A stretch of 64,000 nucleotides of DNA from Isurus oxyrinchus (lineage: Eukaryota), in contig JANJGN010000004.1 of the NCBI GenBank assembly GCA_026770705.1, forward strand, positions 145,328,001-145,392,000. The letters run 5' to 3'. A program made the translations under genes and the position numbers. Numbering within the stretch: the first letter of the stretch is position 1; every line of letters begins with the position of its first letter. The notes beneath the pieces were generated by a model. That model was not told the DNA's origin. It searched no databases and saw only the letters and a list, made by a program, of their open reading frames with translations. This document shows positions 50,762-63,700 of this stretch, piece by piece.

Positions 50762-52830
50762 AAGAACAAAGAAAAGTACAGCACAGGAATAGGCCCTTTG
50801 ACCAATCATATTGCCTGTCAAACTAAAACATTTTGCATTTCCGGGGTCCGTATTCCTCTACTCCCATTCTATTCATGTATTTGTCAAGCTGCCTTTTAAA
50901 CACCACTATCGTACCTGCTTCCACCACCTCCTCTGGCAGCGAATTCCAGACACTCATTACCCTCTGCGTATAAAACTTGCCCTGCATATCTCCTCCAAAG
51001 TTTTCTCCTCTTACCTTAAATTATGTCCCCTAGTAATTGACTCTTCCACCCTGAGAAAAAGCTTCTGACTATCTACTATGTCCATGCCACTCATAATTTT
51101 GTAAACTTCTATCAAATCCATCTCTGTCGCTCTAGTGAGAACAATTGAGTTTCTCCAACCTCTCCTCATAGCTAATAACCTTCAGACCAGGCAGCATCCT
51201 GGTAAACCTCCTCTGCACCCTCTCCAAGCCTCCATATCCTTCTGGTAATGTGGCGACCAGAATTGCATGCAATATTCCAAGTGTGGCCTAACCAATAATC
51301 TGTGTAGCTGCAGCATGACTTCCCAGCTTTTATACTCAATACCCCTGCCAATAAAAGCAAGCATGCCATATGCCTTCCTGACTACCTTATCCACCTGCGT
51401 TGCCACTTTCAGTGACCTGTGGACCTGTACACCCAGATCCCTCTGCCCGTCAATGCACTTAAGGGTTCTGCCATTTACTGTATAATTCCTACCTGTATTA
51501 GACCTTCCAAAATGCATTACCTCGCATTTGTCCGGATTAAACTCCATCTGCCATTTCTCCGCCCAAGTCTCCAACCGATCCATAACCCATTGTATCCTTT
51601 GACAATCCTCTTTACTATCTGTAACTCTTCCAACCTTAGTGTTGTCTGCAAACTTACTAATTAGCCCAGTTACATTTTCCTCATAATCATTTACGTATAC
51701 TACAAACAGCAAAGGTCCCAGCACTGCTCCCTGCGGAACACCACTAGTTACAGCCCTCCATTTAGAAAAGCACCCTTCCACTGTTATCCTCTGTCTTCTA
51801 TGACCAAGTCAATTCTGTATCCATCTTGTCAGCTCACCTCTGATCCCGTGCGACTTTACCTTCTGTACCAGTCTGGCATGAGGGACCTTATCAATGGCCT
51901 TACTGAAATCCATGTAGATAGTATCCACTGCCCTTCCATCGTCGATCATCTTTGTCACTTCCTCGAAAAAACTCAGTCAAGTTAGTGAGACATGACCTCC
52001 CCTTCACAAAACCATGCTGCCTCTCACTAATACACCCATTTGCTTCCAAATTGTAGTAAATCCTGTCACGAAGAATCTTCTCCAATAATTTCCCAACCAC
52101 TGACGTAAGGCTCACTGGCCTGCAACTTCCTAGATTATCCTTGTTACCCTTCTTAAACAATGGAACAACATTGGCCATTCTCCAGTCTTCTGGGACCTCA
52201 CCCGTAGCCAGTGAGGATACGAAGATTTCTGTCAAGGCCCCAGCAACCTCCTGCCTTGCCTCCCTCAGTACTCTGAGGTAGATCCAAACTGGCTCTGGGG
52301 ACTTATCCACCTTAATATTCTTCAAGATGCCTAACGCCTCCTCTTTTTTGATCCAGGCTATCTACACACTCTTCCCTAGACAAATCGACTGCTAAGTCCT
52401 TCTCTTTGGTGAATACTGATGAGAAGTATTCATTTAATATCTCTCCCATTTCTTCTGGCTCCACACACAGATTCCCACCTCTGTCCCTGAGTGGGCCTAC
52501 CCTTTCCCTGGCTACCTTCTTGCTTTTTACATATGTATAAAAGGCCTTGGTATTTTTCTTAATCCTGGTTGCCAATAATTTTTCATGACCCCTTTTAGCC
52601 CTCCTGACTCCTTGCTTAAGTTTCTTCCTATTTTCTTTATATTCTCCACGGGCTTCATCTGTTCCCAGCCTTCTAGCCCTTACGAATGCTTCCCTTTTCT
52701 TTTTGACTAATCTCACAATAACCTTCGTTACCCAAGGTTCCTGAAACTTGCCATACTATCCTTCATCCTAGCAGGAACATGCTGGTCCTGAATTCTTATC
52801 AACTGACGTTTGAAAGCCGCCCACATGTCA
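50762..52830 (-). mobile_element. 5'-truncated CR1 LINE (RT region), frameshifted
   Basis: ORFs 52312..52716, 51900..52325 (PEDWRMANVVPLFKKG, QHGFVKG) and 51182..51781 (GVPQGAVLGP, KFADNTK). Confidence 0.95.
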
Positions 52831-52834
52831 TGGA

Positions 52835-53220
52835 GGTTGCACAGTTTTTTACTTGGTTGTGCCAGGTGCAGCGATCTAGAGTGAGCTTTTCCAAGGACTC
52901 GAAGTTGATTTCAAAATACCTAAGTGAAACTTAGTGTCTTTGTAGCACTTCCTTTGACAGCCATGACAGTGCATCCGAGCCTCATGGTCTCCATACAAGA
53001 TTTGTTTTGGTAAGTGAGTGTCTCAAGTCCCACTTCAGGACTTTGATAGCCACGGAAGGCATGTTCCATAATGTGGCCAAACAAGTTAATTATCAGCCTG
53101 TAAATCCTTCCAGTATGCCTGATGACAGATGGTAAGAGTTGGGAGAGTTTTCTGTTCAGCCATACTGCAGGAGGCAATAGTAAACTACTGCAGCACTTTG
53201 CTAATGTTATGATCCCAGCT
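52835..53220 (-). mobile_element. RTE LINE fragment (with a small insertion)
   Basis: Minus strand LPKQILYGD (~52988-53015), ATKTLS; 55800-55930 may be another RTE piece. Confidence 0.5.
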
Positions 53221-53222
53221 GA

Positions 53223-55796
53223 TGTTACTACTGGACAGGTCAGTTCCCAGGGTGGAACATGGCTTGTTAGATTTTGTTTAGAAACGTGGATGCAGCTATG
53301 GAACAGAGTAACAGGAGTTAACGGATGAACTTATAACAAAAGAATAAAACATTTATTAAACCAAAAAAGATGAATTATATTACGATGCTCTTCACCCACA
53401 ACTGTACCTTTACAGATATATACAAATTTGTAAGGATAACACAAGTTATAAAAGCTATCTTATACTCTAATGTCTACAGTAAGCACACAGTCCATTTAAA
53501 CCAATAGGTGACCTGCGGTCAGACACACCACACTCTGAAACCAAATGACAAATGTCACCCCAAACAGATGCTATGGATCCCTCATCAACTCCCCCCAGAT
53601 GCTTGTCATACTGTGAGCAACTGGTCTCGCTGAACTCTGTCTTTGACTTGAGGATTTCCAATCTCCACTCTCAAAGAACCCACTTTGGAATCTTTCCCAA
53701 ACAATACTTTCTCAGGGATGCCTTCCTCAAGGGTCCACCTCCAGGGTTTTAAACTCTCCTTCTGATGTTACTCTCCCCTGGCTCATCACGTGTATTCAAG
53801 CTTTGCCTTCCGTGCACTCTCTGTTTCAGATACTCAGACATGCCAACAGAACAACACCACTTCACATGCCTATAGTAAAGAGTTACAGACCTTCTCCTGT
53901 GTCCTTGGATCTCTGGCTTCTTGCAAGCCTTTTTGCTTTAACTCTGAATCCTGCAGCTTTCTCCCTTTAAGCTTGGAGTCTTTCTCTGGTCCTGGCTCGT
54001 AACTTCACTTAACAGAAACTTTTCCAGATTCCTGTTATTCCCCTTTGTCAAGAAAGTCTTCTCGAGACTGCAGTTCTTCTGTTCTTTGGGGAAACCTGCT
54101 TCCTGCAGTTCCATCCTGTCCAGCTTCTCCTGGCAGCTGGTTTCAACTTTAGTTTGGGACTTGCTATCTTCCCTCTCCTCTGCTGCTTCTGCTGGCAACT
54201 TGTATCAACTTTAGAACACACTGAACTCAAATTGTGTGTGTGTGTGTGTGTGGGGGGTGGGGGGGGGGGGGCCTACCTCTCTGGACCCCTGTTGCTCGGC
54301 AACAGCACAGTTTTTTTCTACCTGGTTTGCTTTAACTCCCCTTCAGGAATCATAAAATCTCATTAACATGCAGGCATCTTTTAAAGTGAAACTAAAACTC
54401 AGGTTTCATCCTTTTACCCCACAAGTACAGAAGTACAAAATTAAACTTAGGGCGGAATTGTCCCAGGTTTGCACTAAATGCAGTAGCAGGGTATTACCTG
54501 CCGATTGCATTGGTGGCTTTTCACGCCATATCTTCTCAAACCCGCCACATTAATTATACATTCCCAGGAAACATGCCGTTTCCATGGCTGGTGGGCTCTC
54601 ATTTACACGACACGCTATCACTTCATCTCTTCATCACGCCAGGTACCACATTTAAAGTATAGCAATTTAAAGTGCTTCCAGCCGAGGACTGCAGCAAAGA
54701 AGACATGGCCTAAAAAGGTAAGAAGACTGCATCCCTCAAGCATCTTTTGGATGTTGCGGAGGCCTGCTGTGATGTCCTCTACCCCCGCTCTGGCCGCAGG
54801 AGGGACAGCTACATTACCACTCCGGTTTGGTAGGTGGTGGCAGTGGTGATCAGTGCCAATGTTGCACAAAAGATGTTGGAAATTCAATGCAGAAAGATGG
54901 TGAATGATTTCATCCATGCAGCCAGGGTATGGCAACCATCTCATCACTCTATACTTACACACTCAAGACCATCACACATTCACTGGCATCTCACTCACTT
55001 CCAGCTCAAGGGACATCACCACCCATTCTCACACACATATTGTCACATGTCCACTGGCCTCATCTCCTCTGGATATTGCCTCCTCAGCCCTCACCATCTT
55101 GAGGCCACTTGCACAGATCAACATGTGCCCCCATACACACACTGGGATACTCCCGTTCCCCAGTACAGCTTTTGTCCTGCAGCCTCTTCCCTTGCCTGAG
55201 GCCACTTCTCCCCCTTCCCTAAGCATGATCTTGCCCTTCAGCCATTGAAAAGCCACTCACATATGGCTGATCTGGTAGATACAGACATACCTGTGAGCAC
55301 CCTAAAAGTGATGTGGTGCTGTCTGTGAAGCCTGGCGCTGATGACTGGGTGCTGACTGAAGCAAGATAGGCAAACAAACCTTGAAGTCCTGAGCAAAGTG
55401 CAGCCCACCAGATGCATGCCTGATATATCCTGTTGTGAAACACATTGTTTTGTTTTCCTGCCAACATGGGCGGACGGTCCAGTTGTGGGGAGGGAGGGGG
55501 AATGAGTCGGGCAGGCTGGCCTTATAATGATATAATGGTATTACAATGAGGTTCCCAATGTCCGATGGTGGGGAATGCAACCCACCATTGGTGGGCGGAG
55601 TGGACGATCGCAAACTGGTTTCATGATGTCGTGAAACCAATTTTTGGCCTTCTTGCCAAATTGCCCGCTCACACGACTGAACATGCCCGACACCAGCGGG
55701 CATGGAAAATCCCTGACCGAAACTTAAAGATATGCCTTATTCCTAACACACCCAAATACACATATAACTTACTTAAATTATCTCTAGTTCCTAACA
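53223..55796 (-). mobile_element. Solo LTR (family A), reverse orientation, split by a Harbinger
   Basis: TGTTA...TAACA termini; reverse complement collinear with 56037-57421 (shared translated string PQTDAMDPSSTPPR / PRTDAMDLSSTPPR). Confidence 0.85.
54450..55718 (+). mobile_element. Non-autonomous Harbinger (~1.27 kb) retaining Myb exon 1
   Basis: TIR gggcggaattgtccc; VAVVISANVAQKMLEIQCRKMVNDFIHAAR|gtatg; same family as 14035-15232 and the left end of 59815. Confidence 0.88.
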
Positions 55797-56036
55797 CCAA
55801 GCATAATCATGGAAATGAGTGTCAAGTATTCTGGCTTCATGACCATTACAAGTCAATGCATGTTGTGGGTGCTTTGTGTGCCAGTGCATGTGAGCACCTC
55901 AGTGCTATTCTGGTATGTGAAGCAGAATAAAAGACATGCCTTTGATTCTGCACTAGCTAATTCTCACATTCTACACACACTCCAGTTAAAAAGACAATGG
56001 GTCAGCTTTTGTTGAAAAAACTAAGGGCATGTGAAT

Positions 56037-57421
56037 TATTAGGAAATAGACACTGATTAAGTAAATTTTATGTGTATTTTGGTGTTAGGAATAAGGTATA
56101 TCTTTAAATTTAGTTTTTTTTTCTATTTGTGGGTCAAAAAGTGAAACATGGGATCTAGTTTCATTTTTGAGCGGAGACAGCAGGTCTAAAGTTCTGTTTG
56201 TATACCTGCATTTCTAATGAGTTTTACGACTCTTGAAGGAGAGTTAAAGCCAACAAAAGTAGAAAAAAACTGCTGTTGCCTAGCAATAGAGGCCCAGAGA
56301 GGAAAACCCCAGCCACACACACACAGAGACAGAGAAAACTAAGAAAAAACAGTTTGAGATCAATTGGAAGCATTTGCCAGCAGAAGCAGCCTTGCAGAGG
56401 GACAGATATCAAGTCCCAAGCTAAAGTTGAAGCCAGCTGCCAGAGAGGCTGTGCAGGAAAGGGAACTACAGAGGAAGTAGGTTTCCCCAAAGAAATTAAA
56501 GCATAAAGTCCCCAAATCCAAGAAAGTGGATCAGGAAAGGGCCAAGGAGGACAGTTAGGTCAAAGGAAAAGGTCCTGTTAGGTGAAGTTGAGAGTGCACT
56601 GCAACAGTTCAAGAAGGCAGCTCACCAACACCTTCTCAAGGGCAACCAGGGATGGGCAATAAGTGCTGGCTCAGCCAGTGAAGCCCACATCCCATGAATG
56701 AATTAAAAAAATAGGAGCCAGAAGAGCCAAAGATACAGCTGAAGTTCTGTAACTCTTTGTTATGGGCATGTGGAGCAGTGGTTTCTGTTGGCATGACTGA
56801 GTCAGTGAGAGAGAGTGTGTGGAAGAAAGATTGAATACATATGGTGACCTGGGGAGAGGAACATCAGAAGGAGATTCGAATCCTGGGAGGTGGACCCTTG
56901 TGGAAGGGGTCTGAGAGAAAGTATCATTTGGGAGAAGATTCCAGAGCGAGTTCTTGGAAAGTGGAGATTGGAAACCCTCATGTGAAAAACGGAGTTCAGT
57001 GAGACTGGTTGGCTCCCAGTGGGACAAGCGTCTAGGAGGAGTTGATGAGAGATCCATTGCATCTGTCCGGGGTGGCATCTGTCACTTGGTTTCAGAGTGT
57101 GTTGTGTCTGACCACAGGTCACCTATTGGTTTACATGGACTGTGTATTTACTGTGAACATGAGAGTATAAGATAGCTTTTGTAACTTTTGTTATCCTTAC
57201 ACATCTGTATACATCTGTGAGGCATAGTTGTGGGAAAAGGAATATTGTAATATAGTTCATCTTTTCTGTTTATGTAAATGTTAAATGTTTTGTTAAAAGT
57301 TCATCAGATGACTTCTGTGATCCTGTTCAGTAGCCACCCTCCACGTATCTACACAAAATATAAAATGTAGGATCTACCAAGCTGGGTTCCACCCTGGGAT
57401 CAGGCTTGTCCAGAGGTAACA
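56037..57421 (+). mobile_element. Solo LTR (family A)
   Basis: Ends ...gaggtaACA; collinear with the other family-A copies. Confidence 0.85.
56601..56711 (+). mobile_element. Severely 5'-truncated LINE/SINE tail inserted in the LTR
   Basis: gttcaagaaggcagctcacc...cccacatcccatgaatgaattaaaaaaa; same tail as 18157 (reverse). Confidence 0.8.
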
Positions 57422-57639
57422 TTCACAAATGACAAATGATATTATTAATGAACAAATCAACCATAGCTTGTGGCAAAGATAACACATCCCAGAGTTGCAA
57501 ATTACCAAAAATTGCTGAAAATTTTTCTTGATAAAAAAGGCATGCCAACCTTAACCTCCTGATAAATATCATGACATTGCTGCATTTGTACATTAATTGC
57601 CCATAAAACACATCACAAAGTTAAGTCTAGTAGTTAGAG

Positions 57640-58660
57640 GGGAGAGAAACTGCCTTAACATCAATGCAGTATTTGACATCAAGGACTCCTAGCAACTTTG
57701 AGGTTAATGGGGATCAGAGGGAAAAATCTTCACTGGCTGGAGCAAAGGAGGATGATGGTGTTGTTTGAATGCCAATTATCTTTGCCCCAGGCCATAACTG
57801 GTGGTGTTCCTTGAGATAGTGTCCTAGGCCAAACTATCTTCAGCTCCTTCATCAATGATCTTCCCTCCATCAGAAGGTAGAAGTGGGGATGTTCACTTTT
57901 GGTTTAAAAATGTTCAATTCTCCAGGTATTTCTCAGATACTGAAGCAGACTATGCCCTCATGGAAAAGACATGCACAACATTCAGGCTTTCTTAATAAGT
58001 CAGAAGTAACATTCATGTCAAACAAATATCAGGAAAAGGCTATCTCCAGCTAGATAAAATCTACCCACCTCTGCTTGACATTCAATGGCGTTAGCATTGT
58101 CAAATCCCCCACCATCAACCTCCTGGGGACTACCATTAATAAGAAACTTAAATGGGCCAGCCACATAAATAGTGTGGCCACAAGAGCATTTTAGAGTCAT
58201 AGAGGTCTACAGCATAGAAAAGGTCCTTTGGCCCGAGTCTGTGCTGGTCAAACAAGTATCTAACTATTCTAATCCCATTTTCCTGCACTAGGCCCATAGC
58301 CTTGTATGCCCTGGCATCACAAGTGCACATACAAATACTTCTTAAATGTTATGAGGGTTTCTGCCTCTACCACCCTTTCAGACAGCAAGAGAGAGAATTT
58401 ATAGAATGGGTATTCTTTTGCAAGTGACTTACCAAAATCTTTCCACCTTCCACAAGGCACAAATCAGGAGTGTAATTGAATACTCTCCACCTGCCTGGAC
58501 CTCCAACAACACTCAAGTAATTCAACATCAGGACAAAGCAGACTGCTTGCTTGGCACCTTAATCATTTGCTCCTTCTCGGCAGCTGTGAGTACCATGTAC
58601 AAGATGCACTGCAGCAATTCTCCAAGGCTTTTTTTGGCAGCATCTCCCAAGCCCACAATT
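57640..58660 (+). mobile_element. Second-lineage LINE RT fragment, interrupted by a minus-strand CR1 3' end (~58189-58386)
   Basis: GVP*DSVLGQTIFSSFINDLP; LSTFHKAQIRSVIEYSPPAW...QDKA...YKMHCSNSPRL. Confidence 0.75.
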
Positions 58661-58789
58661 GTTGGATATTTTAAAATGTCAAATTTTAGATTTTAAATCT
58701 TATTTGCTTACCTTTCTTCCCAGTTCTCCCTCCACTGCCCACCTCCTCCCATTTCCCCTCTTTCTTTCTCCCTCTCTGTCTCTCCATCC

Positions 58790-59518
58790 AATCTTTTTTT
58801 TGTTATCTTTGCCAGGATTTTCCCAGGTGAGTCATGATTCAGACAATGAGGAGTGTTCCTGGTTGGGAACCTGAAGTGGCCACGGTGGTTGATGGACGTG
58901 ATCCTCACAGACACAACTAATTATGAGGATGCCCCATTCAATTAGTGACAGCCACTGGGTTCCAGCATTGGGAGGTGCATGCAGAACAGCCTGTGCATAG
59001 GGCCACTGGCTGCCTTCGCATTGTGGGCACTGTTGATGGGCCAGCAGCAGGAACAGCGGCAGCACAATGTCAGGTCCTTCAGTATGGGAATAGCTGTCAT
59101 TGCAGCAGGACAACATCAGTCTCCATAAAATAGCGGCAATGGCATCCTTCTGCTTGCCGATACATAAACATCAAGAATTACTGCTGGCAAATGAATAAAA
59201 CACCTCAAATATTTTGCAGCTTGTAATTCCTGCTGTGAACCCACCTTGGAGGCATTACCATGTTCTTGACACAGCAAAAGAGCCCATGCAGGACCAGGAA
59301 GCTTGCCTTCCTCTATGAATTGAATGCCCATTATTTGAGGCTTAACTGTCTTAATTGCCTGCCTGCCTTCTGTGGGCAGGTTGCTGATTCTTCTCACAGA
59401 CAGGGGAGAAACACCTGGAGGCTTGAACACGTCAGGGAGCTGCCCCAACCCAGATTTCCCCTATTGTCCCATACCCTGCCTCCAAGCCCACCTGCAAGAG
59501 ACCAAGGAAATTCTGCCC
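58790..59518. mobile_element. Old Harbinger-type MITE
   Basis: TIR-like gccaggattttcc start and gaaattctgccc end. Confidence 0.45.
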
Positions 59519-60091
59519 TTCATTTCTCTTTCCCTAACTGACTGTACAATTAGTTCATTCACTTCAAATTCATCCACCTTCTCAGTCCTTCTTATGTTTA
59601 TTTTTAGCCCCTCAATCTCATGAATTAAGAAGAGTTTCTGTTGGTCCCATTGCCCACCAAGATCCTAGCTGCCATGTTGTCCTCCCTGTGCTGATAGCAG
59701 CTCAAATTTGCATCAAATTAGCAGGCAAAAGAAAAATGTGCAAAACGCAAGATGCACCACTTCAGCAAATATCAGCCCAATATTTAAGTATATGTTTATC
59801 TTGTGCAAGGCTATGGGTGGAATCTTTCCAGATTTTCACTCAGTGCAGTAGCAGGCGGGAAAAAGAACGTTTTACCCACCAGCTGCAATGGTGGCTTTTC
59901 ACGCCATAGCATCCCAATCCCACTTTATTAATCATGCATTCCTGGGAAACACGCCGTTTTGATGGCAGGCAGGCTCTTGTTCAACCACCATGCCGTCACC
60001 TCGCTTCTTCCTCACAGCAGGTGCTATATTTAAAGTACAGCCATGTGCACACCTCTCAGTGCTTCTTGCCCACAGCTGCTGCAAAGAAAAA

Positions 60092-61695
60092 ATGGCTCCA
60101 AAAGGCAAGAAGACTACAGCCCCCAGGTTTAATGACACATCCCTCGAGCACATTTTAGACACAGTGGAGGCCCTCCATGATGTCCTTTACCTCTGCTGTG
60201 GCCGTAGGAGGGGCAGCAACATCACCAATCCAGCATGGGAGGTGGTGACAGCGAAGGTCAGTGCCAATGTGCTGGGAAAGAGGGCAACCACCCAGTGAAA
60301 GAGGATGAATGATCTCCTCCATTCGGCCACTCATCACTCTCATCTCACATACTCACAAACCCATCGCACATCCACAGGGCCCCCCCTCACTGATTTACTC
60401 TCTGACATACCCATTTACTCTCTGACATACACCTTCATTGTCCTCATCCCGTCCATGGAACCACTAACCACCCACACCTGCCTGGTGTACTTACCGTCTG
60501 GCCTGGCAGGTGTCCTGCTTATGCTCTCCCAACCTGGATTCATGCAGGACAAGCTGGCACACAACAGGAAGGAAGGGTTTCAGGCCGGTAGAGGAATGCC
60601 TGAAATCAAGATCCTCAGCTGAGTCATCCAGCCGGCTGTTGAGGATCTGGACTGTTCAGCCATGCTCTACCAAGCGAGGATCCAGCAGTGCAATATCCTT
60701 CAGACAATCATGCTGTGAGTGATGTGTCCTGTTTCACGAGCCAATACCAAGCACTAACTATGTCTCCTTGCTTTCACAGGCATATCTGAGTAACAGTAAC
60801 ATGAGCAGGGCCTCCAAGACACCTCTGAAGAGGAATCTGAAGGCACCCTCACTGACCTGTCACAGCGCTCACCCACACCCTCCACCAATGCAGAGACACA
60901 CACCTCGGTAGGACTGAGTTCTAGAGTAGCCTCAGGGTCACAATCTGGTGAGAACAGTGCACAGTCTGATCCACAGCAGGTGGTGGCAGGGGCTTTGCAG
61001 GTTTCCTGCACTTGGAGGACTGCTGGAGGTCAGAACTCTGCTGAGTCTGAGTCAGATGACCAGCCTCTGGACTCCATCATGTCTCAGTTGCTGGAGCTGC
61101 AAAGGCAAACTTGGGAACATCAGGAAGGGATGTCTGCTACACTCTGCAGATTGCAAGGCACAAGGGAGGATTCTGTCTGCCTTCAGTCTGAGGTGATAGT
61201 GCCAGCAAGCCAATGCACCGAGGTCAACACTGGTAAGATGGCGGCCGCCACGAAGACATTGGTCTTGCACTGCTGTGCATGCTGAACTCCATCGCTGATG
61301 CCATTGTTGGCCTCCATCAGTACCAACATGAGAGGGATGTAGGACAGTTTGATCTCCAGCTTCCAATTCTCCTCAAGGAGCCAGCCAGAGGCCCTCAGGC
61401 ACCCATAGTCAGGAGGATCAGCAGGTGCACACCCTGGGGCCATCCACCCAGATGATCCAGGGACTGTCCAGCCCATCCAAATCCCCTCTTCCTTTGACCC
61501 CAGCAGCTCCAGCTCCACGGTCACACAGCAGGGCCTTGAAAGCAGGCCTGGACCCTCCAGATCTCAGCCCTCCAGAGGATGCCCGTCAAGTTCATCACAG
61601 GGCGTAGAATTCAGCAGGCTGCCTTCACCTCCAATGTGGATGTCTGGGAAGCAACAAGACATAGCAGCAGGGTTAGTAAGGTAATGAAGATATAG
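60092..61695 (+). pseudogene. Harbinger Myb/SANT DNA-binding protein gene, 3 exons, disrupted
   Basis: MAPKGKKTTAPRFNDTSLEHILDTVE...AWEVVTAKVSAN...Q*KRMNDL; exon 2 60548-60714 (cag|DKLAHNRKE...|gtgagt); exon 3 from 60780; stops, frameshifts and a deleted first donor. Confidence 0.85.
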
Positions 61696-61747
61696 TTGCA
61701 CAGCCTAGACATGGGTTTTGATCACTTGTACACAATGTTCACTATTG

Positions 61748-61915
61748 GAAACATAGAAAAGTAGAAGCAAGGGAAGGTCATTTGGTTCTTCGAACCTGTT
61801 CCGCCATTCCATATGAGCATGGCTGATCCTCTATCGCAACGCCATACTCCTGCTCTCTCCTCATACCCCTAGATGCCTTTAGAGTCTAAGAATCTATCTA
61901 TTTCCTCCTGTAAAT
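61748..61915 (-). mobile_element. CR1 3' tail fragment inserted in the Harbinger
   Basis: gaaacatagaaaagtagaagcaag...cttcgaacctgttccgccattc...atggctgatc matches the CR1 3' end at 40720-40810. Confidence 0.8.
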
Positions 61916-62578
61916 ATACTCCCAAGGATATCTCCCTGCCTAAGTTTTGTTTTGATGAGCAGTGCTCATGTCACTCAGATGCGAAACCTTGGTACCTACA
62001 CAAGATAAGGGCAGGTTTCACAGTCCAGGGCCTCTTCCCTGTGCTTTGCGCAGCCTTCAGGCCAAAGTGATGGTCCGACTTCACACTCCCTGGTCACATT
62101 ACTGATGCCTGCACCTCGATGGTGCTTGGCATTGCTGCCGGAATGTTGTGGACAGACATCACAGAGTTCCATCATTCTCTCCATGTGCTCTCAGCACCTT
62201 TGAGATGAGGCTGGCCCCCAATCTCATCAGCATCTGTGACTAGTGATGCTGTACTCCTGAAGGGGTCAGTGCGGAAGGCTATTAAAGGATCAGTTGCATT
62301 TAAAATTTCATGGCTGCATCTTCATGATATGACCCTGATCGCAGAGCGCCAGTGAACTACCTTCGGCCAGACAGGAGTCAGACATTCACAGAGGCCATGT
62401 GAAGATCAATGGAGTGTCCTCACTGCATGTTGTCATCATCCTCCTGGAATCAAGCAACTATTAGGTCCTCTGATGCATCTCTATGACAAGAGCCTTATTA
62501 CAGAGAATATGTGCCCTGCCATCAGTCAGACTGGGGTCAAATGTTCACTGATGCAATATGAGGAATTATGGTGTCCCC

Positions 62579-63700
62579 TCACTGTATGTCATCATCATCC
62601 TCCATGAATCTAATAGCTGTGAGGGCCTCCTGAGTACGCGTGTCTTGTCTGGCCAATTTGAGGGCCTCATCACCATCATCCTCATCACTGAGGATCTCCT
62701 CACTCTCATTCCCTTCAATGTCCTCCTCATTTGAGGAGATGTTCAGCTCCTGCAACTCCTCCTCAGCTAGCTCCTCTCCCCATTGCAGCTCCAGGTTGTA
62801 AAGGGCACAGCAGGCGATGACAATGTGTGGCACTCTCTGTGGACTGTATTGCAGGGCTCCAACAGACGGGTCCAGGCACTGGAACCTCATTTTCAGCATC
62901 CCGTTGGTTTGCTCCACCAAGTTGCGAGTTGCAGCATGAGCCTCATTATAGCTTCACTCTGCAGCAGTCTGAGTCTGCCACATGGGTGTCATCAGCTATG
63001 GCCTCTGTGGGTAGCTCTTCTTCCAGGGGAGGCATCCCTGCAGCCTCTGTGGACCCTGGAAGGCTTCAGGGATCTGAGACCGACTGAGGATGTAGGAGTA
63101 ATGGACATTCCCTAGGAACCGTGCACAGACCTGCAGGATGCGTTTGTGGTGGGCACAAGCCAACTGACACTTTGGTGAGTGGAAGTCCTTGCAATTGACA
63201 TAGTTGACTGTTTGTTATCATGGAGATTTGAGCGCCACATGAGTGCAGTCGATGGCACCCGGCACCAGTGGGAAACCTAGATCTGGGCAAATCTCAGTGC
63301 TCATGCATCCTGACTTTCCTGATCCCAGGCAAAGGGCACAAGGTTGTGTGCCTTCACAAAGGTGGCGTCTATGACCTCATGGATATATTGTAGGTGGAGG
63401 CTTGCGATATCCCATAGAGGTCGCTTATGGAACTCTGAAAGGAGCCACTGGTGTAAAGATTGAGAGCCGTGATCACTTTCATGGCCACTAGCAGTGGATG
63501 CCCTCCATATCCCCGTGGTGGCAAATCTTGCAGTAGCTGGCAGATATGACCAATCAGTTCCCTAGACCCACACAGTCTTTGGTGACACTGGTTCTCGGTC
63601 ATCTTCAGGAATGAAAGGCGGCGTCCATAGGCCCTGGGTGTCACTAGGCGCCATCCAGCGATGGCTTACTGTGGCTCTTCAGCAGTCTGTGTGGGAGCCC
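62579..63700 (-). pseudogene. Harbinger (HARBI1-like, DDE_Tnp_4) transposase, disrupted
   Basis: GHPLLVAMKVITALNLYTSGSFQ, GAIDCTHVA (~63232-63258), YVNCKDFHS, VEQTNGMLKMRFQCL, IVIACCALYNL, acidic tail. Confidence 0.92.

Noticed and set aside
62579-63700. Host HARBI1 gene
   Set aside because: Frameshifts, degenerate catalytic motifs, a TIR and a partner Myb gene mark it as a decayed transposon, not the domesticated gene
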